The position numbers were made by a program, and so were the translations under genes. Source: Convolutriloba macropyga (lineage: Eukaryota). Taken from it: 64,000 bases of DNA. The notes beneath the pieces were generated by a model that saw only the letters and a program-made list of their open reading frames with translations, searched no databases and was not told the origin of the DNA. Positions 36,184 through 49,694 of the stretch are shown here, piece by piece (the first letter of the stretch is position 1; every line of letters starts with the position of its first letter). The stretch covers positions 71,114,001 to 71,178,000 of the forward strand of contig NC_134468.1 in assembly GCF_964194025.1 (NCBI RefSeq), read 5' to 3'.

Positions 36184-38861
36184 TAATTGTTCCGACCCTC
36201 TTGAGGGGGAGGAACTATATACTCAACTGGGTTTTTTTTTGTTCCGTGAATTTTCGCCGCTCGATATATTCATCGTAGAGAGTTGAGACTGGTATCATTA
36301 GAAAGCTCGTCCAGCGTAGAATATGGAATTAAAAAGATTTTTTTAATTTTCGTTTTCTACAGGGAGTTATCGAGGCTTAAACTTCTGAGAAAAGAAGAGT
36401 GAATTCACGTTGTTTTTATTCACATTTTCCGGAATTTTTGCCTAAATTTTCGTCAATTTTGCTAAAATTTGTTATAATTTTTAAGAATAGTGTCGTTGAT
36501 TTTATTTTTGAAGACGAACAAGCATTTTTGATTGTTTTGATTTAATTTTTTGGTCAAAAAATCTGGATAAACATTTCAAAATTTAGCCTTTTTTCATCAA
36601 CAACAGCACGAAATAAGCTACTTTAGTCCACTTTGATTAAATTTGCCTACAGTACACCCCCAAACAACACTCATACAATCTTTGTAGACTCAGAGGGGGG
36701 CTATTTCTACTTCAGAGTCCGCAGAGAGTGCCTTGTAGTTAAACTTTGCCGTTTTTTTGCTAACTTTACTCGTTGATTATCAAAAATGCAAAATTTATTT
36801 TGAGTTTCAACTCAGAAATTATCTATATCTACAACATTCGAAAAATCAATTGTTCTTAACGGACAATAAGTATTAACAGGGGTAGTTTTGGGCCATTCTT
36901 GGACTGTTACAATCCAAAAAAAATCGGGTTGTAATCAGTCTGTCTTTTTTTTTAAAAAAAAAAGACTTTTTTTTTAATAATAAAGAACAGAACATATCAA
37001 ATCAAAGCCCAGGAGTGATAGGTCCAACCAATTCGCTTTCTAAACAGCTCCAGGCTAATGCATTTAGTTTTTTCATTGAAAGTTTATGGTCGTTTCTTTT
37101 TTAAAAATAATTGACTTTTCAATAAATAATGGCTTAATTAACTTTTCCTCTATTTTTTTCTTAATTTGTTCAACTTCCAGCTTAGTGTCAGCAAAAAAAG
37201 ACTGCTTCTTCTTTCTACTGAGTTAACATTTATTCTCGGTTGCAGTTTTAAGCCTGAAATTATTGTTTTCTGGCTTTGATACTACAAGATTTTAGATTTT
37301 TGTTTGTTTTGATATTTGCCAGTTTTTCACGTTTTCTAATTTTGTCACATTATCACATTATTGACAGTTCTCATGTCACCTTATTAGCATTCAAATTAAA
37401 GCACAATTGAACATATTAAAATCCTGAAAGATATAAATCATCGTTTTAATGGCCTCGACGCCTCTTTCTTGAAGAAATCAATTGAATTTTTTAATTTTGT
37501 CTTAACTGTCATTTATACTTTGTCGTTTCGGTCGTATGAAATTTCCTGTATAGTGATAGCTTTCATTGGCTTTTCATGGAAAGAATAGAAAAACCGATAT
37601 TCTGATATTAGCAGATAGCTGATGGCTTTTATGACTTTCAAACCCATCGTTTTCCAAAATTAAAAAAAAAACTTTTTTAACTTCGCAATTTTGTTCTTTT
37701 TATGTTTCTTTTTGTTACCTAATCTCGTTAGTTGATTACAGGTCAAATATGACATTATGGGTGTCAAGGGAATAAACGGGATTGATGTCCCAAAATCTTT
37801 TTTTAAAGATTTTGTTATGACCTTACTGGCTTCGACACCGCTTTTTCAAAAAAAAAAAATTAAATTAATTTGATTTTTGTCATATTTGACGTTCTTTTTG
37901 TAGATGCAAGAAACATTCTGGATAATTACAGGTCTCCAGGGCTTCCTTTTCATGAAAAAACGACGATATTTAAATAGCTCTTTTTGTAATTAATGCCTTT
38001 CATGACATTGAATGTAATTTTGTTTCGAAAAAAAAATTAAAAGTATTACTTTAGCACTTCGCTTTTTTGTCTACTTGTTACCCAGTCTTACTAATGAATG
38101 GCCACGTACTGCATTATAGCTGTTTGAAGAAGGCGCAATCAAATATATTTTGAGTGCCAAAATTTGGCTTGACGGTTTTGACAGCGTTTTCTGGCAAGTT
38201 TCAATTGAAATTTTGTTTATTCTTTGTTGTTCTTTTTAGCCGCTCTAAAAAATGAATAAGGTCAGGTCCTAATGCCCTTCTATAGAAGCAGTGGTAATCG
38301 CAAATTTGTGGTAATATTAATTTATTCCTAATGGTATTTATTACTTTGAAGTTAATTGTTTCAAAAAAATAAGTTAATTTTTTTTTACTTTTCTGTTTTT
38401 GTTCTTTTTTGTATAATTGTTACCAAACCTTTTTATGGACTGGTCGCATATGTTTTCTGGTGATTTATAAGTTATTTTTGTTTAGTTTCAGGTTTATCTG
38501 ACGGTATGTTGACTTTATTATTAAATTTAGTTTTTAAGAGGGACATAAATTTTTTGATGTAATTAATGTTTGTTGTTGTTGTTGTTGTTTGATTTCGCTG
38601 TTCGTTTTGACTCGCTTTCTTAATATTGACATATTACAGCAATCTAATGCATCAATTTTTACTCCACTGAGTTATTTGTTTTGGAGGTTATCTTATCGTT
38701 CATACAGAATTTTTTGAAAAAGACGGGCTTTTTTGGGATTCGCAAAAAATAATTTTTGGGTTTTTCTATCTGTTCCTCATTTGGTAGACAATTATGCCAA
38801 AATTGTGGATGGGCGGGGTCGGAACCTTATGTGCCATTGCACATTAACGAGCCGCCTTGTT
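36184..38861 (+). mobile_element. Non-autonomous Helentron-like element (HINE), copy B
   Basis: GTTCCGACCC (36189-36198) and GGGGTCGGAAC (38815-38825), hairpin ATGTGC-CATT-GCACAT (38829-38844) and a CTTGTT end. It is a diverged but collinear copy of 9855-12453. Confidence 0.75.
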
Positions 38862-39149
38862 CACTTCAGTTTTCAAAACGTTTTGGTGAGACTTTGAAGC
38901 CTGACTTTGAATATCCGTGAAACAGTTTAAGTTTTTCCCTAAGTTTATCATTTAAAACTGCGGGGCACCATTTGTCAGGGGTTGGTCGGAATAGATGGGG
39001 GACAAGGGAGGGTCGTAAGTGTTAAAAACTTCTCAATAATCTTTGATCTTTAATGGTACTATTAATTTGCAACTATATACGAACTATAAGTTCAACAATG
39101 GAAAGGCCTAATGCTCAACAAAAGAGGTCAGGGTTCCACGTGTTCAGGA

Positions 39150-39410
39150 TAACGACGAAAAAAACGACAATTTTTTGTAATAAATTGTCGTTTTTCACGT
39201 GTAAGAAATGATCGTTTTTTTCGTCGTTTCTGACGTTGATTTTTTTTTGTAAGAAATTATTGTTTTCGTAGCTTTTACTTGCAAGAAATGATCGTTTTTT
39301 TTTCCTTGTTTCTTACCTGGTTTTTTTTGTAAGAAATAGTCGTTTTTTATCGTTTTTTTAACGTTCTGTTAAGAAGTCGTTTTTTGATCGTTTTTTCATC
39401 GCTTCTTCTG
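39150..39410. repeat. Short-motif repeat cluster (GTAAGAAA / TTTTTCGTCGTTT), with a related inverted copy at ~53200-53315
   Basis: Recurrent GTAAGAAATGATCGTTTTTT motifs here, and GTAAGAAACGACGAAAAAACGA at 53214-53265. Confidence 0.55.
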
Positions 39411-42405
39411 AATGCACAAAAATCTATGAGTTTTAGAAGTCAGCGCTCACTCAGCACTTTTCCCTCAACAAATTAAGCGCTTATTCAGCTCCTCAAATAA
39501 AGTTTATCAGCGCGAGTTCAAATAATTTTTGCGAAGTCACAAAAAACTATCCAAAAAACTTTTCTTCAGTTATTTAAAAAATTTGTATTTTTCTTTTTTT
39601 TGTGAATTAATAAAATTATTGTTGACGTTGTCTTTTTATATCAGAACACACGAAACACTGACCTATATGGCGAGATGGCAACTTTTGCCCACTTCTAGAA
39701 CAAAAATTTTAGTGACAGGTAGCTACCGCTTGGGTCGAATTGCTTCCAGAAACCATTTTTTAGTCATTTTGCAAAATAGCCTAAAAATAAGAGTACATTT
39801 TATTTGCTAGATTATTTCTCCAAGAACAATATTGACTCAAATTAGATCTGTATGGTTGTATTCTGAAAAAAAAACTATAATTTCGTTGAGTTCTCTGTTT
39901 TCTCAAATTGACCTGGTCAAAGAGTTAATCAGGTGTAAGTTTGATAACAAACCGAAACTTTAGATAGTTGTCGTGTTATTTCTTAGTGAATAAAATGAGG
40001 GATTACAGTAAACTTTTTTGCTATTCCTCATGGGTGGTTGTCTGAATCATGCCGGTAAAAAACATTCGAGGCCAAAAAAAATCGACATTTTTTGGAATGT
40101 TTGGTCACACAAAAATCAATACCAAAAAATGACAAATTTAAGAAAATTGGTGAGTTATTTTTTTTCAATTAGCGGGGAGTCTCTCCATATATACTTTGTA
40201 TGTACCTTTCCGTAATTATGTTCGTGAATGTTTTGAAATGTAGTCAATTTTTACCCGATGAAACATTTATGACTAACAGCGCAATTGCCTTTTCCACCAC
40301 TTCTCGACAATGTGCTCCACTAACATGTGGAGTTTGTGTCAAAATATGTTTCAACAGATCATCTGAGCACTTTGGTGATCAAAAGTCAGCAGGTAGAATA
40401 ATAAGGTAAAGACGTGAAAATTTGTTGCCGGAATCTTCTATTTTTTCCATTTCCTTTGTTCTACTCTTTCTGAAGTTTTTTTTTGCCTGCAGTTCGCCTA
40501 ATTCATTCACAGTAACTGGACACTAGTAAATACATAAACAATTATATTTGAAAATTCGAATATTTTCCTCCGTTCTTGAAAAAGAAAATCTTATTTTTGT
40601 TAGAAAAAGAAAATTATTTTTGTTAAAACAAACTGCACCGTTCAGAGAAATTATTTTTTGTTGAAAAGTTTATTACACTTAACTTTACAGTTGAGCCTCC
40701 TTCAGATACTTCAGGGAGTTCTAGAATTAGGTTGAGTTAAATATTTGCACTGAATCCGCAAATAAGCAGGAAAAAAATTCACAACAAAAGGCTGACTTTG
40801 CTCTACAAATTTAATAATTTCTTCATCAATTCTGTATCAAATTGGATAGTTTAAAAAGAATTCTCGTTGAGTTGAGCTATTTTTACATTGAAGCAATAAT
40901 TTTCGTTCTTCAAAGCTTTTTTCAATATAAATCTGTTAACTTAATAAAGTTCAAAACTAAATATGTCTTTTCGCAATTTTTTGTAGGCTTTGTGGTGTTT
41001 TGCAGGAATGGACAAGTTTGCTTCAAAATTGTGCTCCCAGACTCAGTTAAGTTACCTGAGGCTAACAAAAACAACCATTGCACGTGGTTCAACATTTTTT
41101 TGAATTCTCGTTGATGTTTTTTTCTTGTCAAAACACACAAAACACCCTGGCCTTTGCGGAGAGGTGGGAATTTTTCGATTTTTAGTCTTCGGTGTCAAGA
41201 AACTACAGAGTGCGCTTGCATTGCATTCTAAATGACGTCCTAGGGGCATTTTAAAATTTGATAGATATTGAGTGAAATTTATGTTTTATTAGCACAAAAA
41301 TCGGGGCGCGCTTCACGTTTTTGATAATTTCTCCAAAACTTCATTACCCGATTGAACAGGTAAACGCGCGTTTTGTTGGTACTGAACTCCTCTTGCGACA
41401 CCCCAAAAACCCGCTTTAGGGTACATATATAGGTTCGTTAGACTCCTCAGTTAATGGGGAGGTACCCAATATATATTTTGTGTACCGTTTTTCGTAGTTA
41501 AAAGCCGTCAATTTTAGCCAACCGTGACCCACACATAGCGTTTTTGTCATTTGGTAGGGTACATTTATGTTGAAATGTCCCCTCGCAGAGTAAACCAAAA
41601 TTTGATTTGAAATCAGCGTGAGCCGTACCTTAATCCCTGTAAAAGGCGTTTTGTTTCATCCGTTTTTGAGAAACTGGTTCGGACACACACCACCCCATTT
41701 TGACATAATCGTGTCAGGTGCGTTTCGTGTTTCTACATATCAGACTGACAAAACAACTGACAAAAGTAGCAATGAAAAATAGTTCATTAGAGCCCTTTGA
41801 TAAATTGGATTTCCCCATATGTTTTCAGGTCCTTTCGTGGTGGAGCTAAGATGGTCAATTATGGGTTTGCAGGTCAACTCTCCTGGCTTCTGTCCAGATC
41901 GATACGGTACCTCAATGATTCAAAATTTCTTTACGATACGGTTCGATACGGTTCTCAATGATCTTTACGCTGCACATTTCGTATTGTTGTGAGAAAATAG
42001 CGAAAATAGACCGTTAGCAAAACCTAGTGTTGGACATTTTGACCGTTTCCGACCTCATATTCGCGGGAAAATTCTGCTTCAATCTCGTGGGAAAATTCTT
42101 CTTTCTGTAACAAAAATTAACGAACTTGGGCCCTGTTCTAGCACCTTTGAGCATTGGTGAACTTGTATTGTACACTGCATTCAACTATATTATACTGCAT
42201 TCAACTATATTATATATTTAATACAAATTTTTCTAAGGTGAGGGCCCCGTGACCCGATGAGATGCACATCCCCTGCTGCGTTGAGACGCCGGTTAGTCAA
42301 ATCATTGCCCTGCTGGCATTTTGTGCACCTCAATTTGGGGATGTAGTCTTTGCGGGGAAGAAATTTGAAGGCGTCTTCCTTTGAGTTTCTTTGTGCATGT
42401 GTTCC

Positions 42406-42692
42406 CATGTTAGGCTAAGGCTAATTTTCAGATATTAAAAGATAGTTATTCTTTCGTGGCCAATTCGAGTGTTAAAGAGCAAATTCTTTTTCAATCTTAT
42501 TAGCATGCTATAAGCCAAAATAACATTCCTCGTGGAATCGTTAACGTATTATAAAAATAGATACTTCCATTACTGTCCAAAGAGACCTCCAGGCGGAGAT
42601 ATTACCCGCAACTACAATAGCCACTAGAGCTCCTCTAGAGCCAACAGCTCCAAACGGAACCAGAGTCTATCTAGATATAGAGCGGGATCACA
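42406..42692 (+). repeat. 5' LTR (only the 3' ~260-290 bp match the 3' LTR)
   Basis: Aligns with ~49048-49333 and ends in GAGCGGGATCACA immediately before the TGG PBS. Confidence 0.85.
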
Positions 42693-43900
42693 TGGCTCAG
42701 TGAAAACCCCTTTAGGAGTCCCAGTGTTCTGGGAATCGGGCGCAAACCCCTCGTCCGAATGAAGCACGTGGTTTGGAACATTGAAAAACGCCATAATGGC
42801 CCGGGATAATCTCGCTGTCGATAAGTTACTTAAACTAAAACCGACACGAGCAGAGCTTTTCTACCCAACCCTCCCAACATACGAGGAAGCCTTCGAAGGA
42901 GAAACCGAAGACGGAGAACGACAAAGGGAACAAAGGAATGAAAAAAGAAAAGTGGATTGGGAGAACGAGTGTGAGCAAATTGAATACAGAGGGCCAATGA
43001 TTGATCGAATCCCGTGGGATGAAGCAGACCCAAAGGTCAAAAGCCTTATCTATCTTTCGTTGGGAACAGAAGGGTGCCGCACTTACCATCAAAGAAACCC
43101 TCATACTAGAATCGAACGCTGCACAACAAACGAATTAGTTCACGAACTTTCACTTAGGTTCACCCGACCACGGAACTTAACATTCGATCGCTTCCAGTTT
43201 TTCCGCGCAATTCAAAGCAACGAATCACTGGAAACGTTTTACAGCAGAACTCGGGTCCCATGCAAAGAACTCGGACCCGAGAACTCCGAGAAATCGGGTC
43301 CCATTCCGAGAACTCGGGTCCCATGCAAAATTAGAACAACAAGAAGATCTAGTAAAAGATCTGTTCATTTCGAACATGCATGGTTCCAATATACAAATGG
43401 AACTACTTTCGGAAGTCAGAACACCACAACAGGTGCTCAATTATGCCATCAATAGAGAGAGAGAGAGGGCAAGCGAATCAACAAGAAATTTGCAGAGCAC
43501 CCTCCAACTGGAACACAGTTACATACGTGCGCCCCAACAAACAACTGAGCACTTCAATATCACAAAACCACAAAAAGCAACCCCATGCAGAAAATGTGGT
43601 AATCCATTCAGTCTAGCACACCTCTAGATTTGCCCAGCAAAAAACCAACAATGCAATATCTGCAAGAAAATAGGCCATTATACCTCGTTATGCACAGCAA
43701 AGATGCCAGAACGAAAAACCCCTCGAAAACAGCAACTTACAACACCAGGCCAATATACGTCATCCCAAACAAGACGGGTTAGACACGTAAAACCAGAAAT
43801 CTCTCAAGAAGACTCTACAGAAGAGAGTGTAGATGCTGAGACAGCACTTTATATAAAAAGCTACACAAAGATTCGAAGATTGGGCAAATATTAACCTGAT
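42692..43900 (+). pseudogene. gag: Gypsy gag, frameshifted
   Basis: Reconstructed MAQ(S)KTPLGVPVFWESGANPSSE*STWFGTLKNAIMARD..., then QSNESLETFYSR, then tandem knuckles CRKCG...H..C and CNICKKIGHYTSLC, with stops and frameshifts. Confidence 0.8.
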
Positions 43901-46900
43901 ACGCCCAACAACCTTCCACAATCAGCCCAACGACATCCTAAATAAAAACTCCGACGGAGAGTTCTGGGTGAACACTGTAACAGACCAAGAAAAACTCCAT
44001 TGGCTCGCCGATACCGGCTCACCAAGATCTTTCATAAACACCGACAAAGCAATGGAACTAACGAAGAAAATCCCCAACGCTGCAATCCATCCATACAAAG
44101 AAAACACAAAGTACAGATGCTTTAATAACAACAGCATCCAGATTCGCGGCGTACTCCATTTGGACGTAAGTTCAGATCATGGTCGGCAAAACAATGTAAA
44201 GTACTGATCGTAGACAACAAGACAAACAACATCATGGGTTGAGACTTATTGGCAAAACTAGGGATCACACTTAACGCAAACAAACCAAAGGGTCAGCAAA
44301 TATTACAAGTTTTCAATATCTAAACGAAAAAAAACATCATAAAGTGGACACTCCAAAAATATCCACACTTATGTACAAGACTAGGTCGTTCAAAAAATCA
44401 CATAGCCCAATCAATGTTCAAAGCAAACTATACCCCGTCACAACACAAAGGCCGTAGGGTACCATTACATCTTATAGAAAAAGTCGAAAACGAACTCAAC
44501 AAACTAAACCGCGACGGACAAATAATCAAATTAGCGAAACGCCCGGACGACCTTTTCATAAGCCCAGTTGTAATCACAGTCAAAAAAGACAAAAGTGTCA
44601 AAATAGCTCTCGACTCGAAAAAGTCAAGGACGCATTACACAAGAACAAGTACCAAATGCAAAGCATCGATCACCTAATAGACTCGGTTGCCCTTTACATC
44701 TCCGAAAGGAAAAAATTACCAGGTTAATATTGGTTCTCAAAAGTAGATCTCAAATACGCATACAGCCAAATCCCACTGGATGAAACTATACAAAAACATT
44801 GCAATTTCAATATAATAGGGGGACGCGCAACAGGCACGTACCGTTTTATCAACGGATTTTACGGTTTAAGGGATATGCCAACCACATTTCAAAAAACAAT
44901 AGACAAAACACTTCAAAATAAAAAACAAAATTTGCATATCTTGACGACATTCTAGTGATAACGAAAGGAAGTCTACAAGATCACGAAAACGAGTTAGACA
45001 AAATAATGAAAAAACTTAGCAATAAACCTACAAAAATGCAAATTCGCAAAAGAAATTACATGGCTAGGTTTCAAAGTAACTCCAAACGGAGTAACCCCAA
45101 CAGAATCCAAATGTGGTGCCATCATATCTTTAGAACCACCAAAAACACTTAAACATCTACGCTCATTCATGGGATGCATTCACCATTTAATAAAACTCCT
45201 ACCAAACTTGGCAGAAATGTCAGAACCCCTTAGACCGTTACCATCAAAAGCTAATACAAAGGCACAAAACAAACTTGACTGGAATGAAAAACACACAGAA
45301 TCATTTAATGAAATAAACTACGAATTCAAAATATTACCGAAAACAAACACTTCGACACTGAAAAACAAACAAGAGTAAGATGCAACGCCAGCAAAAAAGG
45401 ACTAGAGGCATGCCTAGAACAAAAATTCGGTAATACCTGGGAACCAGTAGCATACGCTAGTAGATTTCTAAATAACTTAGAACAACGGTATAACACAAAC
45501 GAACTAGAACTACTGGCAGTGGTATGGTCACTAGAACACTTCAAATACTACTTATACGGTTCACAGTTCATTCTCCAAACGGATCATCAAGCACTACTTT
45601 CTGCCCTAAAAGAAAACAGGTGCAAAAAAAACCACATCAAAGTCGCCTAACACGGTGGGTTGACCGTCTCGTACCATTCCACTTTGCGGTCGAACATGTA
45701 CCAGGAAAAAAATATGGGCTTTGCTGACTATCTCAGTAGAAATCCAACAGGAAAGGCCCCCCTCCAACAGAAGAAGACAAATATTTTGTCAGCAATACTA
45801 TCAACGATATAACTTTCGCTCTAATTCAAAACAGCCTCGCTCCAAATGGAGCAAGCGTATCCAAAGCAGACAAGAAACAAGTCAATTATAACGACGTGAT
45901 TAATCCACTCCAAGAACACAGCGAACGAAAGAACGCTTCTTGCCTTAAACAACACAGAAAACAGTCGCTTTGTCTTACTTCTAATTCCCCATCGTTCGTT
46001 AATTCAAATTTAAACTCATTTAACAGTAAACTAATCGCCATTACAACGCGAAAAAATCTATTTAAAGAAACATTTCAAATCGCAATCAAAAAAGGCTTCC
46101 CCTCCCCAAAAAGAAAACTCCAAATGGAGCAATCTATTCCATCAACCAAAATATTGATCAATTCGAGTACACAAACTGATTATATATCAAACAACGGCAA
46201 AGGCCTAGATGCTATCGATGAGTCAAAACATGAAGATTTATTCCCCAGTTACAGTGATACCCCAACCCCACATTACCGAGAAAACTTAAACAAAGTATTC
46301 AACGAAGAGTTCATAGCAGAGGCTTCGAGAAAAGAAATGAAACCAATCATCGATTTAGTTACAGCCCAAAACTGGGAAGACCTTAAAAAAGTGAACCCTT
46401 TATACTACAAAATCCGCCGCGATTTATCCGTCAACCCCACCAATTGTTTGATTTACGACAATCGCATGGTTATCCCCAACAAATTAAAACATCTAGTGCT
46501 CGACGCTATTCACCAAAAGCACCCCGGCCAAGTGGGAATAATGGCATTAGCAAAGTTGTTATGGTGGCCTCACATCCACTCGGAGATAAAGGCGAAAGCC
46601 CAAGCATGCAAATCATGCACAGACAAAGGTAAAGATTTAAAACCCCTAATACCTAAATCACAACTAGGGTCATTACCGCCGCTCACGGAACCGAACCACG
46701 AAATCCAAATGGATTTCGCTGGTCCCATACCATTTAAGGAAAATACGCAGAATAACTACATATTAATCACGGTTGATCGCTTATCAAGATACCCACATGC
46801 CGAAACATTCCATAATTGCGACACCGAAACAGCTCTCGACTACCTCGAACGCTACTGTAAACAACATGGTATCCCTAGGTCAATAAGATGCGACCAAGCC

Positions 46901-48822
46901 CAAGCATTTAAAGCGAAAGAAGTTGAAATTTTGTGCAAAAACAAAAATATAAAACTAATCCTTGCTCCGGCTGGAGACCACAGAGGAACAGGTATGGTTG
47001 AACGACTAATTCAAACTATAAAACGACGGTTAGCCGTTCTAGAAAGACCCCAATTGGAGCAATGAAACATTAAGCACTAGGCTTGCTAGTATCATCGAAA
47101 ACATACGTCTAATACCTAACAAAACAACAAGAACAACGCCATTTGAAGAACACTTTGGACGCAAACCTAACACAGAACTCTCGAATATTGTAACTAAGCC
47201 ATCACTCGCTAACTTGTCGTACAAAAAACTCAAACTTCGTTGTTTAGACAAAAGACTCCGACATGACGCCCTAACTAATGAAGAACTGTGGAGGCGAGAC
47301 GGGAACTCCGAAGATGAGTTGGATATTCAATACAAACCCTCAGCAACAAATCCTACTACTCCGCCGGAGATAGACTCCCACGATTCGGAAAACGTGCCAC
47401 TAATCAATACTCCCACACGTAATATCAGACCTTCAGAACTACACTTCTCCATCGGAGACCACACCACTAAAATTGTATATAATAAGAAAAATATAGCTCG
47501 AAAAACAATCATGAGAAAAGCTAAAGAACCGAGACCCACACTAGCATCTCAATGGAATATAATACCAGATGGTACAATAAACGGGTACTCACCTCATACA
47601 GTAACCATAGACACTCCTAAAGGAAAAAACACAGTCATAAGAAAGAATGACATAGTTATAGCTACGGAATCTATACCACTCCCACCTCCAGAACCCAAAC
47701 CCCCCGGGTACGAAGCCACGTCTAATTCACATGGTCGCATGCAAAACCGTAGGAGAGTATAAATGTAACCAAGAAAAAATTCGTAAGTTCTGTTTAGAAG
47801 AAGCAAAAGCAGCCAAGAAGGCACAATCATCAAGCCAAGGAAACTCCCCCGGCAAAGGGCACTCCAAAAGAATCACTCAGTTGAGCCAGCCCAAACAAAG
47901 CCCTGCAAAACCAAAAGCGAAAATCGAAACTAAATGGAAGGAAAAGTTGGTGAAATTAACCACTCGTAACCAAACTCGTCATCAGACAAAATCAAAAGCC
48001 CCACCACGAGCTCAACGCGGAATGTTGAAAAAATTTAATGCATCCACACCCAAACAGTCATTCAACTACAAAGCTCAGCAAGCTGCGCTCCTGGAACCTG
48101 CCAATATTGCCTCAACAAGTAAAGCAAGTACATTTCAAGCAGCTCAACCCCCATCCGAGGTATTCAATAGATCGTTCCTTATTTTTAATTTCAATGAAAC
48201 AGACCAAAGCAACATACAAACACACTTCATTGAATCCGATAATCCCGACAGTCCACATCATCTCATACACACCAGCGACTACCCATCGGACTTTATGAGG
48301 ACGAGCCCAGACAGCTCCCCGATAAACGCGATGGAAATCAGCACTCCAGATGAAGAACACGATCAAGCTGAACCACGGCTGATCTCAATTATTCCCGCAA
48401 GTAACTCACAGATACAACAAACTCCATCTGGTGAAAAGGACGAATTCGGAGCTAACCGTGATAGCTTTGTCAAGAGCACTGCCAAAAGTGACAAAACAGT
48501 GAATAAAATCCTGTCCGCACAAGGCAAACCCATCTCGTCAACCCCGCTGTCTCAACTCTGCGTATCTCAGCCCATGGAACAATCACCACCTGCAACCAAA
48601 AAGGCTCCGGAAAATATTTACCTCGATTCCTCCAACTCGTCTCAAGACACATCAAGAGGCATCCCAGAGCAGCAAATGCCGACCCATACAGAACCCCGTT
48701 CGGAGGTATATAACAGTTCTCACAGCTCGTCGGTGTATAAAACACCGCCGTCCTCCCCGAAAAATGACTCAATCTCCGATCTAAATGATGAAGACATTCA
48801 GGAGTGGAACAAAAACTTCTAG
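43900..48822 (+). pseudogene. pol: Gypsy pol (PR-RT-RH-IN plus long C-terminal extension), multiple frameshifts
   Basis: Protease LADTGS (~44003). RT DLKYAYSQ and YLDDILV (~44936). RNase H YASRFL...ELELLAVVW...TDHQ. Integrase HPG...CKSC, MDFAGP, IRCDQ and GMVER within 45896..47065. Confidence 0.9.
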
Positions 48823-48849
48823 ACAGAAATTTTCTCGTAGAGGGGGAAG

Positions 48850-49333
48850 TGTGGTACAGAGAACGCAGTATCTCCTTGCAACAAAGCGCCTAGAAGTATT
48901 ATTTATAAACTCTTATCTCAAACTCTTATGCTATATAATTAATTTCACTATTTCACTTGTACATAGATATCTAAACCCCAAGTGGATTTAACTCTGTTGT
49001 TCACTTTCACGCCTGATTTACAGGTCCCGTTAAAGCTGCTAATGAGTCATGTTAGAGCTCAATCGCAGACAAGATATAACAGCGCTTAAAGATAATTGTT
49101 CTTTCGTGGCCAATTCAAGAGTGTTAAAGCGCAAATTCTATTTCAATCTTATTAGCAAGGTATCAGCCAAAATAACATTCCTCGTGGAATCGTTACAGTA
49201 TTATAAAAAAAGATACTTCCATTACTGTCCAAAGAGACCTCCAGGCGGAGATATTACCCGCAACTACAATAGCCACTAGAGCCAACAGCTCCGAACGGAA
49301 CCAGAGTCTATCTAGATATAGAGCGGGATCACA
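48850..49333 (+). repeat. 3' LTR, 484 bp, TG...CA
   Basis: Starts TGTGGT directly after the polypurine tract AGAGGGGGAAG and ends ATCACA. Confidence 0.9.
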
Positions 49334-49694
49334 AATACAATAAGCGAAAAAATGAAATTTCCATTTGAAAACCGAAAACTTTCCTATGGAAAAAATAGTG
49401 ATATTTTATCGGGTCAAAGAGTTGTTCAAAGTGAACCAAACTGATACGCCAGAACACCAGTAGTACTTACATTATATCTAGGCTCTAATGAAAAAAAGTC
49501 CATTTAACCTTCCTACAATTATTCTAGCCTGACAGTTCCAATTAAATCGAAATCCAAGCCGCTATTTCACTTGCATTCAAAGAACTTTTAAACAAATTTG
49601 ACTTTATCGGCTTCTATCAAGACCTGATGATATTGTTAAGAAACTCAAGGCTCCACTCAAATCTTCCTTCACACGTTGCGCCAACCCCGCCCCT

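Larger units (their letters stand above)
42406..49333 (+). mobile_element. Decayed Ty3/Gypsy LTR retrotransposon
   Basis: Domain order gag (two zinc knuckles), protease, RT, RNase H, integrase. PBS at 42693, polypurine tract at 48839-48849, and LTR sequence on both sides. Confidence 0.93.

Noticed and set aside
41242-41583. Possible Harbinger-like MITE (AGGGGCATTT ... AAATGTCCCCT)
   Set aside because: The inverted repeat is short and imperfect, with no TSD and no second copy in the window.
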